Assembly (NCBI GenBank): GCA_964350885.1
Contig: CAYGKV010000004.1
Location: 4,480 to 68,479 of the forward strand
DNA from: an uncultured Candidatus Saccharibacteria bacterium
GTDB lineage: Bacteria; Patescibacteriota; Minisyncoccia; Phycocordibacterales; UBA2100
Reading direction: 5' to 3'
DNA: 64,000 nucleotides
Of the stretch, positions 30,389-40,477 are shown one piece after another. Made by a program: the position numbers and the translations under genes. Position 1 is the stretch's first letter; each line of letters begins with the position of its first letter. The notes beneath the pieces were generated by a model. That model saw nothing but the letters and a program-made list of their open reading frames with translations. It searched no databases and was not told the DNA's origin.

Positions 30389-31045
30389 CTATTGGTTTGG
30401 TCGCTTTACTGATATCTGCCCGTTTGCGTCGATCACGATACTTATCGTGTCACCTCGAGGAGAGCTGAGCTTGATGCGCGCACTCTTTTGGCATAAATTA
30501 TTGTTTAATATGCATGAATTATCCGAGACACTGATCCAAGCATCGGGCTCAGGGCGTATGAAGACCACATCGACTTTTGCTACTCCACAGGTTTCAGCGC
30601 CGCTTGATGATGTCGTACACAAATCAATGATGCTGTTCTTACCCGTTATAGTTGTCGTCTCGACGAGCTCACAATTGTCCGGGGTTGGATTAATAGGATC
30701 ATCGCAATCATACAAACCGTTTTCTTCGTCGAGCGCATCGGCAAAAAGCGCGTACGTCGTGGGGCTCGAAATGTCGAAGTGCATTCCATACCCCGCATCA
30801 AAGGTATCATCTCCAAAACGCGCTACCGATATGCCGTACACTTGCGCCTGTCGTATTGAAAGCGCCATGTCGTATGCAAGATTTTGGAGTCGCACTACAC
30901 CACCAAACTTGCCATTGTTTACCAAAACAACAGCCGTGATCACCACCATTATCCCGGTTACAGCGAGAAGTTCAATAAGAGTAAATGCCCGAATCCGTAG
31001 TTTGGATCGATGTCGTATAGAAGTGAAAGCCATATGAGTATGCAA
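30389..31045 (-). CDS. pseudopilin (AFTLIELL N-terminal domain)
   Basis: RAFTLIELLAVTGIMVVITAVVL; 5' end overlaps pilD 3' end by ~88 nt in another frame; start uncertain. Confidence 0.6.
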   Translation of the reverse strand: MHTHMAFTSIRHRSKLRIRAFTLIELLAVTGIMVVITAVVLVNNGKFGGVVRLQNLAYDMALSIRQAQVYGISVARFGDDTFDAGYGMHFDISSPTTYALFADALDEENGLYDCDDPINPTPDNCELVETTTITGKNSIIDLCTTSSSGAETCGVAKVDVVFIRPEPDAWISVSDNSCILNNNLCQKSARIKLSSPRGDTISIVIDANGQISVKRPNQ

Positions 31046-31806
31046 CTAAATATGAGAAACGGCCCGAATGGGATTTCGCTTCTCATTGTAAACCCTCCGC
31101 CGGGTTTTTCCAGAGAGGAAATCCCGAAAAAGCGGATAAGGTGAGGAAGAGGAATGAGGATGCCAACAGATATTATCGCTCCAACAACAAATGCAAAAAA
31201 CACCGCCGTGATCCCAAGCGTTGGGCCTAAGAGCCAGCCGATCCCGAGCGCGAGTTTTGCATCTCCCAATCCCATCCACGCTCCACGCGAAAAGAGCCAT
31301 AGAGCAAAGAGTGGGGAGGCCGCGATAGGGCCGGCGAGAAGAGCTGGTAGCTGGTAGCTGGTAGCTGGTAGCGGAAATAAAAAGAGCGAAATGAAGGCGA
31401 GCGCATTAAACGACCACACCCATGGATCGGGAATAATGGTGTGGCGAATATCATACGCGGCAATCGCAATGATAAGCGCGGCAATCGCAAGGTACACGGC
31501 AACGAGCGGGAGAATTCCTGGAAACGCTGCAAGCGGTATTGCATATCCGATGACGGCAAACAAAATCGCGGTGGTGACTTCGACGATTGGGTATTGTATC
31601 GAGATATGCGTATGGCAGCGGCGACATTTCCCCCGCAAAACAACCCATGAGACGACAGGGATCATGTCGTACCATTTGAGCTGCGCTCCACATCCCATAC
31701 AGGCGCTCCTCCCTCCGAGCGAGCGGGCCCCGTGACGGATGATGAGCACGTTGAGGAAACTCCCGACAATGAGGCCAAACGTGCTAAATAGGAACGCTAA
31801 AAGCAT
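30958..31806 (-). CDS. pilD: prepilin peptidase (A24 family)
   Basis: Zn-binding CMGCGAQLKWYDMIPVVSWVVLRGKCRRCH tetracysteine N-terminal domain, polytopic membrane core with catalytic Asp regions (AAYDIRHTIIPD, LGDAKL). Confidence 0.85.
   Translation of the reverse strand: MLLAFLFSTFGLIVGSFLNVLIIRHGARSLGGRSACMGCGAQLKWYDMIPVVSWVVLRGKCRRCHTHISIQYPIVEVTTAILFAVIGYAIPLAAFPGILPLVAVYLAIAALIIAIAAYDIRHTIIPDPWVWSFNALAFISLFLFPLPATSYQLPALLAGPIAASPLFALWLFSRGAWMGLGDAKLALGIGWLLGPTLGITAVFFAFVVGAIISVGILIPLPHLIRFFGISSLEKPGGGFTMRSEIPFGPFLIFSCILIWLSLLYDIDPNYGFGHLLLLNFSL
31342..31372. repeat. heptanucleotide tandem repeat (AGCTGGT)x4.4 inside pilD coding sequence
   Basis: Seen directly: agctggt agctggt agctggt agctggt agc; encodes LPATSYQLPA; unit length not a multiple of 3. 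Confidence 0.7.
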
Positions 31807-31865
31807 TGATGAGAGTATAGCAAGTAGTCTACGACTATCTACGTTCTACGACTACCTTCTGCCTA

Positions 31866-31900
31866 CACAAAACGCCGCGTCTGACGCGGCGTTTTGTTTT
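31866..31900 (-). terminator. bidirectional hairpin terminator downstream of major pilin gene
   Basis: AAAACGCCGCG-TCTGA-CGCGGCGTTTTGTTTT; A-run on one side and T-run on the other. Confidence 0.6.
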
Positions 31901-31917
31901 GCGAGACGTAAAGGTAA

Positions 31918-32418
31918 TTACGGCTTCACGTCGTAGACAGAATCAGCGCCTGAGAAATCTGTGGGCGTAACTCCACCAATCACACAGACGGGTCCATTGC
32001 CATTGGAGACACCGTATGTACCACCAATAACTCCGTCCGCATCGCTCTGCAAGACAGAGTGTGTGCCTTGTTCAAGCGTCGCGCCAATGTGGTATGCGGC
32101 GCAAGTCGCTGCAGATGCAGCGCTCCCCTGAAGTGGTGCATATGAGTAGGCAACTAGGGTCTGAGGGTCTGTTGGTACTGCGGCGATATATCCTCCGGCA
32201 ACGAGTAGATCCGTTGTAAATGCGTATGCTCCATTAGCGTCATAATAGAGCTCGTTGGCCAGCTGGAGCTGTTTGATGTCGGAAATACGGCGAGCATCGC
32301 GACCCTTTTGGCGGGCGCTGTTGAGAGAGGCCAACACAATAGAAGAAAGAATGCCGATAATAGCGATCACGACCAGAAGTTCAATCAAGGTAAAACCTCT
32401 CGTATAAGACTTGTTCAT
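31918..32418 (-). CDS. pilA: type IV major pilin (PilA-like)
   Basis: MNKSYTRGFTLIELLVVIAIIGILSSIVLASL: textbook class III signal + N-terminal helix; C-terminal Cys pair; own terminator. Confidence 0.85.
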   Translation of the reverse strand: MNKSYTRGFTLIELLVVIAIIGILSSIVLASLNSARQKGRDARRISDIKQLQLANELYYDANGAYAFTTDLLVAGGYIAAVPTDPQTLVAYSYAPLQGSAASAATCAAYHIGATLEQGTHSVLQSDADGVIGGTYGVSNGNGPVCVIGGVTPTDFSGADSVYDVKP

Positions 32419-32659
32419 AAATACTATAGTGCGTTAACCATTAAATCGACTGCAAATAATGCGTATGCCAATTGTATACCCTGTCTCCGGCAGAGCAATT
32501 TCGGGTGTGGATAACCGACCCCGCCGTGAGGCGCCCGAAGGGCTCGAATGTCGGCGAAGCCGATATGAGAAGGGTCGTGCACACACGAGTACGTGTGTGC
32601 CTAGAAAAGCCTGTATTACTTGCGCAATCCTCCTACGGCGGGCTCCCTCGCGGGAGAGT

Positions 32660-33868
32660 TTAGAAGCTCGACGCGATGTTGTAGATAGGGAGAAGCACCG
32701 AAGCGAGAAGAATGGCTACACCTAAGGCTAGAACGACGATCATAAGCGGCTCGATCAGACCGACCAACGTGTCGACGGCGTTACTGACCTCGCGACGATA
32801 AAATAGCGCCATAGTTTCCAAAATTTTTCCCATATTACCCGTCTCTTCGCCAATCTTCACCATAGCAACGACGATACCAGGAATCTCGGGGTGTTTGCGA
32901 AATGCCTCCGAAAGCGGGAGGCCGCCTTTTACATCCCTAGCGACATTTGCAAGTATTTTTTCAAAAACAGGGTCCCCCACAACCGAACCGGTGATTTCAA
33001 TGCCACGCAATATCTGAATCCCGCTCCGAAGCATCGTCGAGAGGTTGTCTGTAAGACGTGAGAGAAATATCTTCTTATAGATACCCCCTATCGCTGGAAT
33101 TTCAAGGCGTGCCCTTGAGAGCATTTCTTTTCCCGATGGCGTGCGTGAAAAACGAAAAAGAAAAGAACCACCGACAGCAAGCAATATGATGAGGAGGATA
33201 AGATACTGCGTAACGAACTGAGAAATTCCAATCACAATTTTTGTATAGAGCGGTATGTCCTGTCCGACCTCAGAGAGCATGTCTGCAAGGTTCGGAATAA
33301 CGAGCGTCATCATCAAGACCATTACAACAGCAAACGTGCCCATGACGAATGCCGGGTAGATGAGCGCATTTCGAGCTTTTTGATTGAGTTCGTAGTTTCG
33401 ATCCAAATAATCGGCAAGAAATGCAAATGTCTCATCGAGCTTCCCCGACTCCTCTCCTGCGCGCACCATGTTTACATAAAATATCGAGAAAACCCCTGGG
33501 TGCTTCCCCAGGGCGGCCGAAATTGAACTCCCGCTCTGCAGGTCGTTCCCAATAGCGGTCAGCTTCTCTCCCAACGCAGGCGTACGCGCTTCGGCAGCCA
33601 AGAGACGAAAGGCGCGAAGCGCAGAAACTTGCGCCTCAAACAGCGTCGTGATCTGGCGACTAAGCATGACGACGTCAGCATTAGAAATGCGATCAAAAAG
33701 ATCAAACTTCTTCCCAAAAATAGATGTGCTTTCCTGCGCGTCAATACCCGAGATGATGAGCCCACGCCGCTGCAGAGCAGCAATCGCAATATCCATGTTG
33801 ACAGCATCAATCGTGCCATGCCTTTCATTGCCTTGTTCATCCAGTGCAGTGTAGCTAAACAACGCCAT
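32660..33868 (-). CDS. pilC: type IV pilus inner-membrane platform protein (GspF/PilC family)
   Basis: 402 aa, two GspF repeats with 3 TM helices. Confidence 0.85.
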   Translation of the reverse strand: MALFSYTALDEQGNERHGTIDAVNMDIAIAALQRRGLIISGIDAQESTSIFGKKFDLFDRISNADVVMLSRQITTLFEAQVSALRAFRLLAAEARTPALGEKLTAIGNDLQSGSSISAALGKHPGVFSIFYVNMVRAGEESGKLDETFAFLADYLDRNYELNQKARNALIYPAFVMGTFAVVMVLMMTLVIPNLADMLSEVGQDIPLYTKIVIGISQFVTQYLILLIILLAVGGSFLFRFSRTPSGKEMLSRARLEIPAIGGIYKKIFLSRLTDNLSTMLRSGIQILRGIEITGSVVGDPVFEKILANVARDVKGGLPLSEAFRKHPEIPGIVVAMVKIGEETGNMGKILETMALFYRREVSNAVDTLVGLIEPLMIVVLALGVAILLASVLLPIYNIASSF

Positions 33869-33870
33869 AC

Positions 33871-34968
33871 TTAGAGAAGTTTCTGCAAGACATTCGGGTT
33901 CAACGAATACTGATACGCGCTCTCGGGTGTGATCTCTCCGCGCGCAACCAATTCTGAAAGTGAACGATTCATATCGATCATCCCCTCTGTCGAACTTGTC
34001 TCAATCACGGTATTGAGTTCGTGCGTACGTTTCTCACGGATTAAATTTGCGACTGCCTTGTTGTTGATGAGAAGTTCATACGCAGGAATGAGACCGCCCG
34101 AAATGCGAGGAATGAGACGTTGGGAGAAGATCCCTGCCAGAGATGAAGCGAGCTGCAGTCGTATCTGATCTTGCTGGCCTCCCGGGAAGGTGTCAATGAT
34201 GCGATCAATAGTTTGTGCGGCGTTGTTGGTATGCAAGGTTGAAAACACAAGATGTCCTGTTTCAGCTGCCGTTACCGCAGCTGACATGGTTTCTGGTCCG
34301 CGCATCTCGCCCACCAGGAGCACATCGACGTCTTCACGAAATGCAGACTGTAATGCGGAGGAAAAATCTTTCGTATCGATTCCCACTTCGCGCTGATCGA
34401 CAAGCGATTGTTTCGGCTCAAAAATGTATTCGATAGGGTCTTCAATCGTGATGATGTGTTCCATCCGCTCGGTATTGATGAGCTCGATGAGAGATGCGAG
34501 TGTCGTTGTTTTCCCCTGCCCCACAGGACCAACAACCAAAAAGAAACCCTGCGTCTTTCGCGCAAATGAAAGTAGCACATCTGGAAGATTGAGTTCTGAG
34601 ATGGTCAAAATCTTTTTTGGAATCAATCGTAAAGCGATTCCTATCGCCCCTCGTTGGAAAAATGCGTTGCCACGGAAACGTACGTTGTCCGAACTTTCGT
34701 ATGCAAAGTCTATTTCCTGCCTCTGCAAAAAGTCTTTCTCCTGCTCGGGTGAAATGAGCGCTCCGAGAAATCCACGCGTATCGAGAGGAGTAAGGATATC
34801 TTCTTTAAGCATCGGGGCCAAAGATCCGGAAACACGAATGGTTGGGTGCCCGCCTGTCGAAAAGTGGAGGTCCGAACCACCTTCGTGCACCAAAACATTT
34901 ACGTATTTTTTAAAAAGCGTCTGGTAGTCTTTCATACGTATGATAATTACTTTTATTGTATCACGCAA
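33871..34968 (-). CDS. pilT: twitching-motility/retraction ATPase PilT
   Basis: Walker A GPVGQGKTT, Asp box, His box; ~365 aa, PilT-size hexameric secretion ATPase. Confidence 0.85.
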   Translation of the reverse strand: MRDTIKVIIIRMKDYQTLFKKYVNVLVHEGGSDLHFSTGGHPTIRVSGSLAPMLKEDILTPLDTRGFLGALISPEQEKDFLQRQEIDFAYESSDNVRFRGNAFFQRGAIGIALRLIPKKILTISELNLPDVLLSFARKTQGFFLVVGPVGQGKTTTLASLIELINTERMEHIITIEDPIEYIFEPKQSLVDQREVGIDTKDFSSALQSAFREDVDVLLVGEMRGPETMSAAVTAAETGHLVFSTLHTNNAAQTIDRIIDTFPGGQQDQIRLQLASSLAGIFSQRLIPRISGGLIPAYELLINNKAVANLIREKRTHELNTVIETSSTEGMIDMNRSLSELVARGEITPESAYQYSLNPNVLQKLL

Positions 34969-34989
34969 AATGCGCGCGCTTCGGCCCTC

Positions 34990-35433
34990 TTATGATCGGC
35001 TGCGAGCGATCTCTTCCTTGACCGCAGCAACGACCTCGGAGGGGATCATGCTTGCCTTTACAATGTAGCGTGCAGTTCCCAATTTGATCGCCTCTTGCTT
35101 TTCTGTTTCGTTATCCTGATTCGAAAGTGCTATTTTGAATGCACCTGGTGCTAAATTCTCATTGGAAATCGTCCTCAAGAACGAAAGACCGTCCAGCTCC
35201 GGCATCGTAATATCGAAAAGGATCACCGTGGGTTTTAAACCGTTCCGTAATATCGTGAGGGCGGCATTGCCCGACAAACACGCCTCAACGGTATAGCCCG
35301 CCGCCGTAAATTTCGCGATATACATGTCTAAAAGAAACTTATCGTCGTCAAGCAAGAGGATTGTCCCTTTTTTTGTTGCATCACTCACCCCGCTTGAGGC
35401 CTCCTTGCTTGTGTCTTCTTGTTCTTGATTCAT
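34990..35433 (-). CDS. stand-alone response regulator receiver (CheY-like) protein
   Basis: ILLLDDDKFLLDMY...ILFDITMPELDG...K: REC domain Asp pocket and phospho-acceptor; no output domain; 4-nt overlap with pilB. Confidence 0.75.
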   Translation of the reverse strand: MNQEQEDTSKEASSGVSDATKKGTILLLDDDKFLLDMYIAKFTAAGYTVEACLSGNAALTILRNGLKPTVILFDITMPELDGLSFLRTISNENLAPGAFKIALSNQDNETEKQEAIKLGTARYIVKASMIPSEVVAAVKEEIARSRS

Positions 35434-37190
35434 AGGACGATCTTTTCTGTATCAGATACAATCGGTGGAGTTTCTGATTCTGTAGTACTTTCAACCTCTG
35501 TCTCTGTTTTAACATCTTCATCCCCCGCAAGCAAAAGCGTGCTCAGAGTATTTACCTCTGAAAACGGGACACGCTTCTCAAACGCCTTAATCATAGCATC
35601 CTCTTGCATCGTGAGCATGCCCTGCGCACGAGCGACTTTCCAGATGCGGGAATCAACAGGGTTCTCGAGGACGATTTGCTCGATTGCTTGCGACATCTCC
35701 AATACCTCGAAAACAGCCTGGCGACCCTTAAGGCCCGTGGGGCATGTGGGTGTCCGTGTCGGCTCAAATGCGTGATCTGGTATTTTGAAACGATATTTCT
35801 CAGGAAGAGAAGCGAGTTGTGATTCAATACGTTGTCGCTCGGATGCCCCAATGGCAATCTCTGACGCAGCACCCTCGCAGAACGTACGCAAAAGACGCTG
35901 TGCGATCGAGAGGATAAGAACCGGAGGAATGAGGTACGGTTCTACTCCCATATCGATAAGACGGGGTATCACCCCCACCGCATCATTGGTGTGAATGGTT
36001 GAAAGCACCAAGTGCCCCGTAAGTGCCGCTTGAATTGCGAGTTTCGCCGTTTCTCCATCGCGTATTTCCCCCACCATAATGACATCTGGGTCCTGTCGTA
36101 GAGTGGTGCGCAAACCATTTGCAAACGTATAACCGATTTCGGGACGGATCTGCGACTGGATCACTCCGTCGACATAATATTCGATAGGATCTTCAAGCGA
36201 CAGCACATTTTTATGCTCGCGATCAACTTCCGTCAACATGGAATAGAGCGTTGTTGATTTTCCAGATCCGGTCGGCCCCGATATCAATACGAGTCCGTGC
36301 GGTTGCTTCACGGCGTTTCGTATGAGCTCGAGATTACGGGGCGTTAGGCCGATCTGATCGAGCGGGATGAAGCCTTGCTCGCGGTCTAGGATACGAATCA
36401 CCACCTTCTCACCGTTGTATGAGGGAAACGTCGAGACACGGAAGTCAATCTGGCGGTTGTCGATTGTCGCGGAAAAACGACCGTCTTGCGGTTTGCGCAT
36501 CTCGTCGAGCCGGATACTCGCGAGCACCTTCACGCGCGCCACAAGAGCGCGATGAGTACTGAGTGGAAGCACCACGCTTGTGTGTAGATCGCCATCAACG
36601 CGATACCGTACACGCACTCCTGTAGGCTGAGGTTCGATGTGAACATCGGATGCTTTGCCATCTACCGCGTAGCGCAAAATCGTTGAGACGATCTTAATCG
36701 TGGGTGCGTCTTCGTGAATCTTGGCCATTCCCCCTCCTTGTCCCTTCCCTCCTATAGAAGGATCCTCAAGATCGAGTGGCGCATTTTCGCCCTGGTGAAT
36801 TTTATTCTTTTCCGCTTTTGCCTCAGATTCAAGTTCTGTGACCGCTTGCTCAACCTCGCCACCAAGCCCCCGATACATCGCGAGAACCGTATCAAAATCC
36901 TCTTGCGTAATCTGAAAAATCTTGAACGGCATTCCAGAAGCGCGCGCGATAAAATTCAAAGCATCAATCCCTTGAATATCATTCGGATCCAGCATGCCAA
37001 TTTCAAGCACCCCTTCGTCAACGCCAATCGGCACCAGCCGATAGTGCATCGCCGACTCTTCTGGGATGTATCGCAAGATATCGAACGGAATTTTAGTATC
37101 TCCGATGGAGCGCAACGGCGCGCCCGCCGTCTCGTCGACGACTTTTTTTGCAACATCTGTTATTGTTCCCCCTGCTGGCATAGTCTGCAC
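35430..37190 (-). CDS. pilB: type IV pilus assembly ATPase (GspE/PilB family)
   Basis: N-terminal T2SSE_N domain, Walker A GPTGSGKSTT, Walker B and tetracysteine region; 586 aa. Confidence 0.9.
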   Translation of the reverse strand: MQTMPAGGTITDVAKKVVDETAGAPLRSIGDTKIPFDILRYIPEESAMHYRLVPIGVDEGVLEIGMLDPNDIQGIDALNFIARASGMPFKIFQITQEDFDTVLAMYRGLGGEVEQAVTELESEAKAEKNKIHQGENAPLDLEDPSIGGKGQGGGMAKIHEDAPTIKIVSTILRYAVDGKASDVHIEPQPTGVRVRYRVDGDLHTSVVLPLSTHRALVARVKVLASIRLDEMRKPQDGRFSATIDNRQIDFRVSTFPSYNGEKVVIRILDREQGFIPLDQIGLTPRNLELIRNAVKQPHGLVLISGPTGSGKSTTLYSMLTEVDREHKNVLSLEDPIEYYVDGVIQSQIRPEIGYTFANGLRTTLRQDPDVIMVGEIRDGETAKLAIQAALTGHLVLSTIHTNDAVGVIPRLIDMGVEPYLIPPVLILSIAQRLLRTFCEGAASEIAIGASERQRIESQLASLPEKYRFKIPDHAFEPTRTPTCPTGLKGRQAVFEVLEMSQAIEQIVLENPVDSRIWKVARAQGMLTMQEDAMIKAFEKRVPFSEVNTLSTLLLAGDEDVKTETEVESTTESETPPIVSDTEKIVL

Positions 37191-37547
37191 TCAGAGAGGT
37201 TCGAAAACTTGAACATCCTTGGCACCACTTGCCGAGGGAAGAGGCCGTGAAGAAAGTGGAGCGAAAGGATTCTCACGACCAATCGGCTCTGCAACAATAT
37301 CGATAGAAAAATCCTTGAGACTTATGAAAGCGGGATTAGTTAAAATCGTACCGTCAAGCTTGACCGCACGAAGGGTGAGTAGGATTGCGATGAGTCCCTG
37401 CTCATCAGGACTACTGCCCACCGAGATCGACGTAGATACCAAATCCGAAGATGGTGTCGATGCTGACAACCCGTACCAAGTACCACCCGCAATGAGGAGG
37501 GCGATCACTGCAAGCACCAACTTATTTTGTGAGAGCGCTTTAATCAT
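37191..37547 (-). CDS. pilus assembly accessory protein (PilP-like), hypothetical
   Basis: 118 aa, N-terminal TM/signal then Ser/Pro-rich region; position between pilO and pilB. Confidence 0.35.
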   Translation of the reverse strand: MIKALSQNKLVLAVIALLIAGGTWYGLSASTPSSDLVSTSISVGSSPDEQGLIAILLTLRAVKLDGTILTNPAFISLKDFSIDIVAEPIGRENPFAPLSSRPLPSASGAKDVQVFEPL

Positions 37548-37567
37548 ACAAAAGATACTGGTAAGTA

Positions 37568-38164
37568 TTATTTAAGCCAATATGTCCGCAGGGTAATCTT
37601 ATAACTGTATTGTGGCTCTGAAGCCGCCTGACCCTTCCCTGCCTGCGAGGCACTGACTCCGTTGGGAGAAATAGAGAGTGAAACCAAATCCACGATGCGC
37701 AAGCTTGCCTCAAGATCTCTTAAAAAATCAACGAAATTCTTATACGTGGCACTCGTCCCAAATGTGAGAGTAAGAGAATCATATTTTTGGTTTGAGGCCC
37801 CAATAGTACCCACGACGGTATCGTTCTTTGTATTTTTGCTTTCCGAGTTCGATACGTCTACATTTTGAAGCGAGAGACCGAAGCGTCCGGCGAGGTTATC
37901 CAGATCGAGGATGAGCCGTACGTTATCGACATGATCTGGCAACAGCTTGTGTAGGCGATCGAGGTCTTCAGGTTTAAAAGCATTGAATCGTGAGAGGAGT
38001 TCTTGTTTGAGCTTCTGTAATTCAGCAGCCTTATTGAGGGCCGCATCGTATTGTGTAATAGATGCCCGAGTAGTCTGTACCGTATCGTAGGCCGGCTTTG
38101 TGTACCAGAAAAATACACCTCCGGCGAGAGCTGTTGCGACAATTGTAACGATGAGGCGTATCAT
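37568..38164 (-). CDS. pilO: type IV pilus assembly protein PilO-like
   Basis: Start taken at ATG 38162-38164 (MIRLIVTIVATALAGGVFFWY): TM helix + coiled coil + C-terminal domain; track ORF extends into pilN. Confidence 0.6.
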   Translation of the reverse strand: MIRLIVTIVATALAGGVFFWYTKPAYDTVQTTRASITQYDAALNKAAELQKLKQELLSRFNAFKPEDLDRLHKLLPDHVDNVRLILDLDNLAGRFGLSLQNVDVSNSESKNTKNDTVVGTIGASNQKYDSLTLTFGTSATYKNFVDFLRDLEASLRIVDLVSLSISPNGVSASQAGKGQAASEPQYSYKITLRTYWLK

Positions 38165-38165
38165 A

Positions 38166-38876
38166 TTAATTTTGAGGGGAATCTGTTTCCGGGGCATCGC
38201 CAGAAGTATTAAACGGCGAAGGATCAGCAGGCGCTTCGGTGCTACTTGGAGGAAGCGCTTGGCTTTGCGCGCCTGAATCGAGTGAGGGAGCAATAAGCTC
38301 AGAGTAGCCGATAGATTTTGGGTTCACGACTGCCGAAAGATTGAAATGAACACCGTCGGGTTGACGTGCGATATTCGAGAAAATAGGACTCATAATGACT
38401 CCATTTTTGCTGAACAAATCCGCCTGAAGAGCGATCGAGTTTACGCTTTGCGCGACACCCGTCATGCTGATCTTCATATCCTGCGGATCCAACGATTGAA
38501 AATCAAGTGTTTGGAATGCGACTGTTTCCAGCGTCGCCTGTTGAAGGGCAAGGAAAAATGCCGTGGGCGCGATATGAGCTCCCAAAATACGATCTGCAGC
38601 ATGCATTCTGTCATCGAGCCTCGTGAGTTCTTGAATGAGAGACGGCTGAAACGCTGCCTTTGCACGCTCGAGTTGAGATAATTTCGAGGCACTTTCGATG
38701 GCGAGAAATTGTTTATACAAAAATACCCCTGCCCCGAGAGCCGCCGAGGCAACAAAAAGCACGATCGCGCACAACAAGACAAGATCATTGAGCCCTGAGC
38801 TTCTTCTGTGTGATACGGGAGAAACGATCCCCGTATCGTGAGGGATGAACGAAGTTGGTACATTTTTTTCGACCAT
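38166..38876 (-). CDS. pilN: type IV pilus assembly protein PilN-like
   Basis: Cytoplasmic N-terminus, single TM (LVLLCAIVLFVASAALGAGVFLY), coiled coil, Pro/Ser-rich tail. Confidence 0.6.
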   Translation of the reverse strand: MVEKNVPTSFIPHDTGIVSPVSHRRSSGLNDLVLLCAIVLFVASAALGAGVFLYKQFLAIESASKLSQLERAKAAFQPSLIQELTRLDDRMHAADRILGAHIAPTAFFLALQQATLETVAFQTLDFQSLDPQDMKISMTGVAQSVNSIALQADLFSKNGVIMSPIFSNIARQPDGVHFNLSAVVNPKSIGYSELIAPSLDSGAQSQALPPSSTEAPADPSPFNTSGDAPETDSPQN

Positions 38877-38895
38877 ACAATTTAGATAACTTTTG

Positions 38896-40074
38896 TCAGA
38901 TACTTTTAAGCTTACGCAGTGCGATGCCTACCGCGACTGCAAAACTCGGACCAATTTCACGTAACACCTTCTCAAGAAACGCGGGTGCTTCGGTGTGCAC
39001 AAAAGGATTTGCTATTTCCACCTCTACCGAAAGCGAACTATGTGCCACTTCACTCAATCCAGGAAGCGAGGCCCCGCCACCCGAGAGAATCACGCGCGAT
39101 ACATTCTTATTGTATCGTTGCCCGTAACTCAATAGTACCCGATTCACTTCGGAAAACACACGCGTCAGTGTTGATAACAATGAAGCCCTGATCTTATCGT
39201 TCTCGTCGGGGCTATATGCGTTCGAATTCACGAGTCCACGCTCGCGCTTCGTACGCTCGGCTTTCTCAAAATCCCAATTTAAGGAACGCGCGAGATTCTC
39301 TGTCATATGTTGCCCACCAATACTCATAAGATGCGAGAGACGGACTATCCCTCTCTCAACGATATAGATCTTAGTCGTTGCTGCCCCTATATCAACGACG
39401 AGGATTGGCGCGATTCCGTGCCCAGCAGATGAGCGTATGGTGCTAAATATTTCTATTTCATAGAAATTAATCGCGAGTCCGGTGTTTGCGGCAATGGTTC
39501 GGTAATTCTGGAGTACATTATTGTGGATTGCGACCAAAAGGACCTCTTGTCCTTTCGCCTGAAGCGGCGTCTCTTTCTCAATACGATCAAAAGCGCTCTG
39601 CTCTCCCTCTTCACGGGGGATGACAAACCAATCGAGCGTTATTTCGTTGATCGGAATCGGAATATATTTACGCGCTTCGATGGGGATCATGCGCTTAAGC
39701 TGTTCGGGTTGCACGTTGGGCAAATTCAATACCGATACAAGACTCGAGGAAAACGGTATAGAAAGTCCACCTGACCGAGCTGTAACATTAGCCTCCCGCA
39801 TCACATCAAGAAGAGCTTCTGATGTCTTTTCGGGAGAAATCTTCACTACTTTCCCTATCGGTTGTTGCCCAAAGGGTCCGAGCGCTATCTCTCCATATGT
39901 CTCAAGAATCGCAGCGCCTCGCGATGTGCGAAGCTGTACGATCTTCGCGCTAGAGGTACCGATGTCTATACCGATAACACTACTATCGCTACCTGCGCCC
40001 TTACCGAGTATAGAAGAAAGTTGCTGCGTAATACTACTGAGAGAGAACGACATTCCGAAATTATAGCCTAGCAA
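38896..40074 (-). CDS. pilM: type IV pilus assembly ATPase-fold protein PilM
   Basis: Actin-like fold: VIGIDIGTSSAKIVQL phosphate-1 motif; 392 aa. Confidence 0.8.
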   Translation of the reverse strand: MLGYNFGMSFSLSSITQQLSSILGKGAGSDSSVIGIDIGTSSAKIVQLRTSRGAAILETYGEIALGPFGQQPIGKVVKISPEKTSEALLDVMREANVTARSGGLSIPFSSSLVSVLNLPNVQPEQLKRMIPIEARKYIPIPINEITLDWFVIPREEGEQSAFDRIEKETPLQAKGQEVLLVAIHNNVLQNYRTIAANTGLAINFYEIEIFSTIRSSAGHGIAPILVVDIGAATTKIYIVERGIVRLSHLMSIGGQHMTENLARSLNWDFEKAERTKRERGLVNSNAYSPDENDKIRASLLSTLTRVFSEVNRVLLSYGQRYNKNVSRVILSGGGASLPGLSEVAHSSLSVEVEIANPFVHTEAPAFLEKVLREIGPSFAVAVGIALRKLKSI

Positions 40075-40147
40075 AGCGAGAGAAGCGAGAGCTTGTTCTC
40101 ACTTCCGAGTGCGCAACGGCTAAACGAGCGAAGCGACTATATCACGC

Positions 40148-40477
40148 TCAACTGGCAATAGTGTCTATTTTCGCCGCGAGAATGAAATCATTTTCGGAAA
40201 GGCCTCTGATTGCGTGCGTAGTTATCTCGACGACAACCTTCCCCCATGAAATACATAGGTCGGGGTGGTGTCCTTCGGCTTCCGCGATGTCAGTTATTTT
40301 ATTTGCAAACACCATCCCATCTTTGAAATTCTCGAATGCAAATTCCTTCGAGATCCAGCGTACATCCCCGCTTAGGGTCCACCCCTTAACGTGCTTGAGA
40401 AGTGCTCCTGCTCCATTGCGATTGAGTGGTGCTTGCGTACTACTGCATGCCACGCATTTCTTTTGTGCTAAATCCAT
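40148..40477 (-). CDS. pterin-4a-carbinolamine dehydratase (PCD/DCoH)
   Basis: 109 aa with EGHHPD active-site motif. Confidence 0.8.
   Translation of the reverse strand: MDLAQKKCVACSSTQAPLNRNGAGALLKHVKGWTLSGDVRWISKEFAFENFKDGMVFANKITDIAEAEGHHPDLCISWGKVVVEITTHAIRGLSENDFILAAKIDTIAS

Noticed and set aside
31342-31372. Short tandem repeat as a possible CRISPR array
   Set aside because: Contiguous 7-nt units without spacers, inside a coding region; no cas genes anywhere in the window.
32419-32480. TGGCAT...TTGCA resembling a sigma-54 (-24/-12) promoter upstream of the major pilin gene
   Set aside because: GG and GC elements are separated by 14 nt instead of the obligatory 10, so it does not fit the RpoN consensus spacing.
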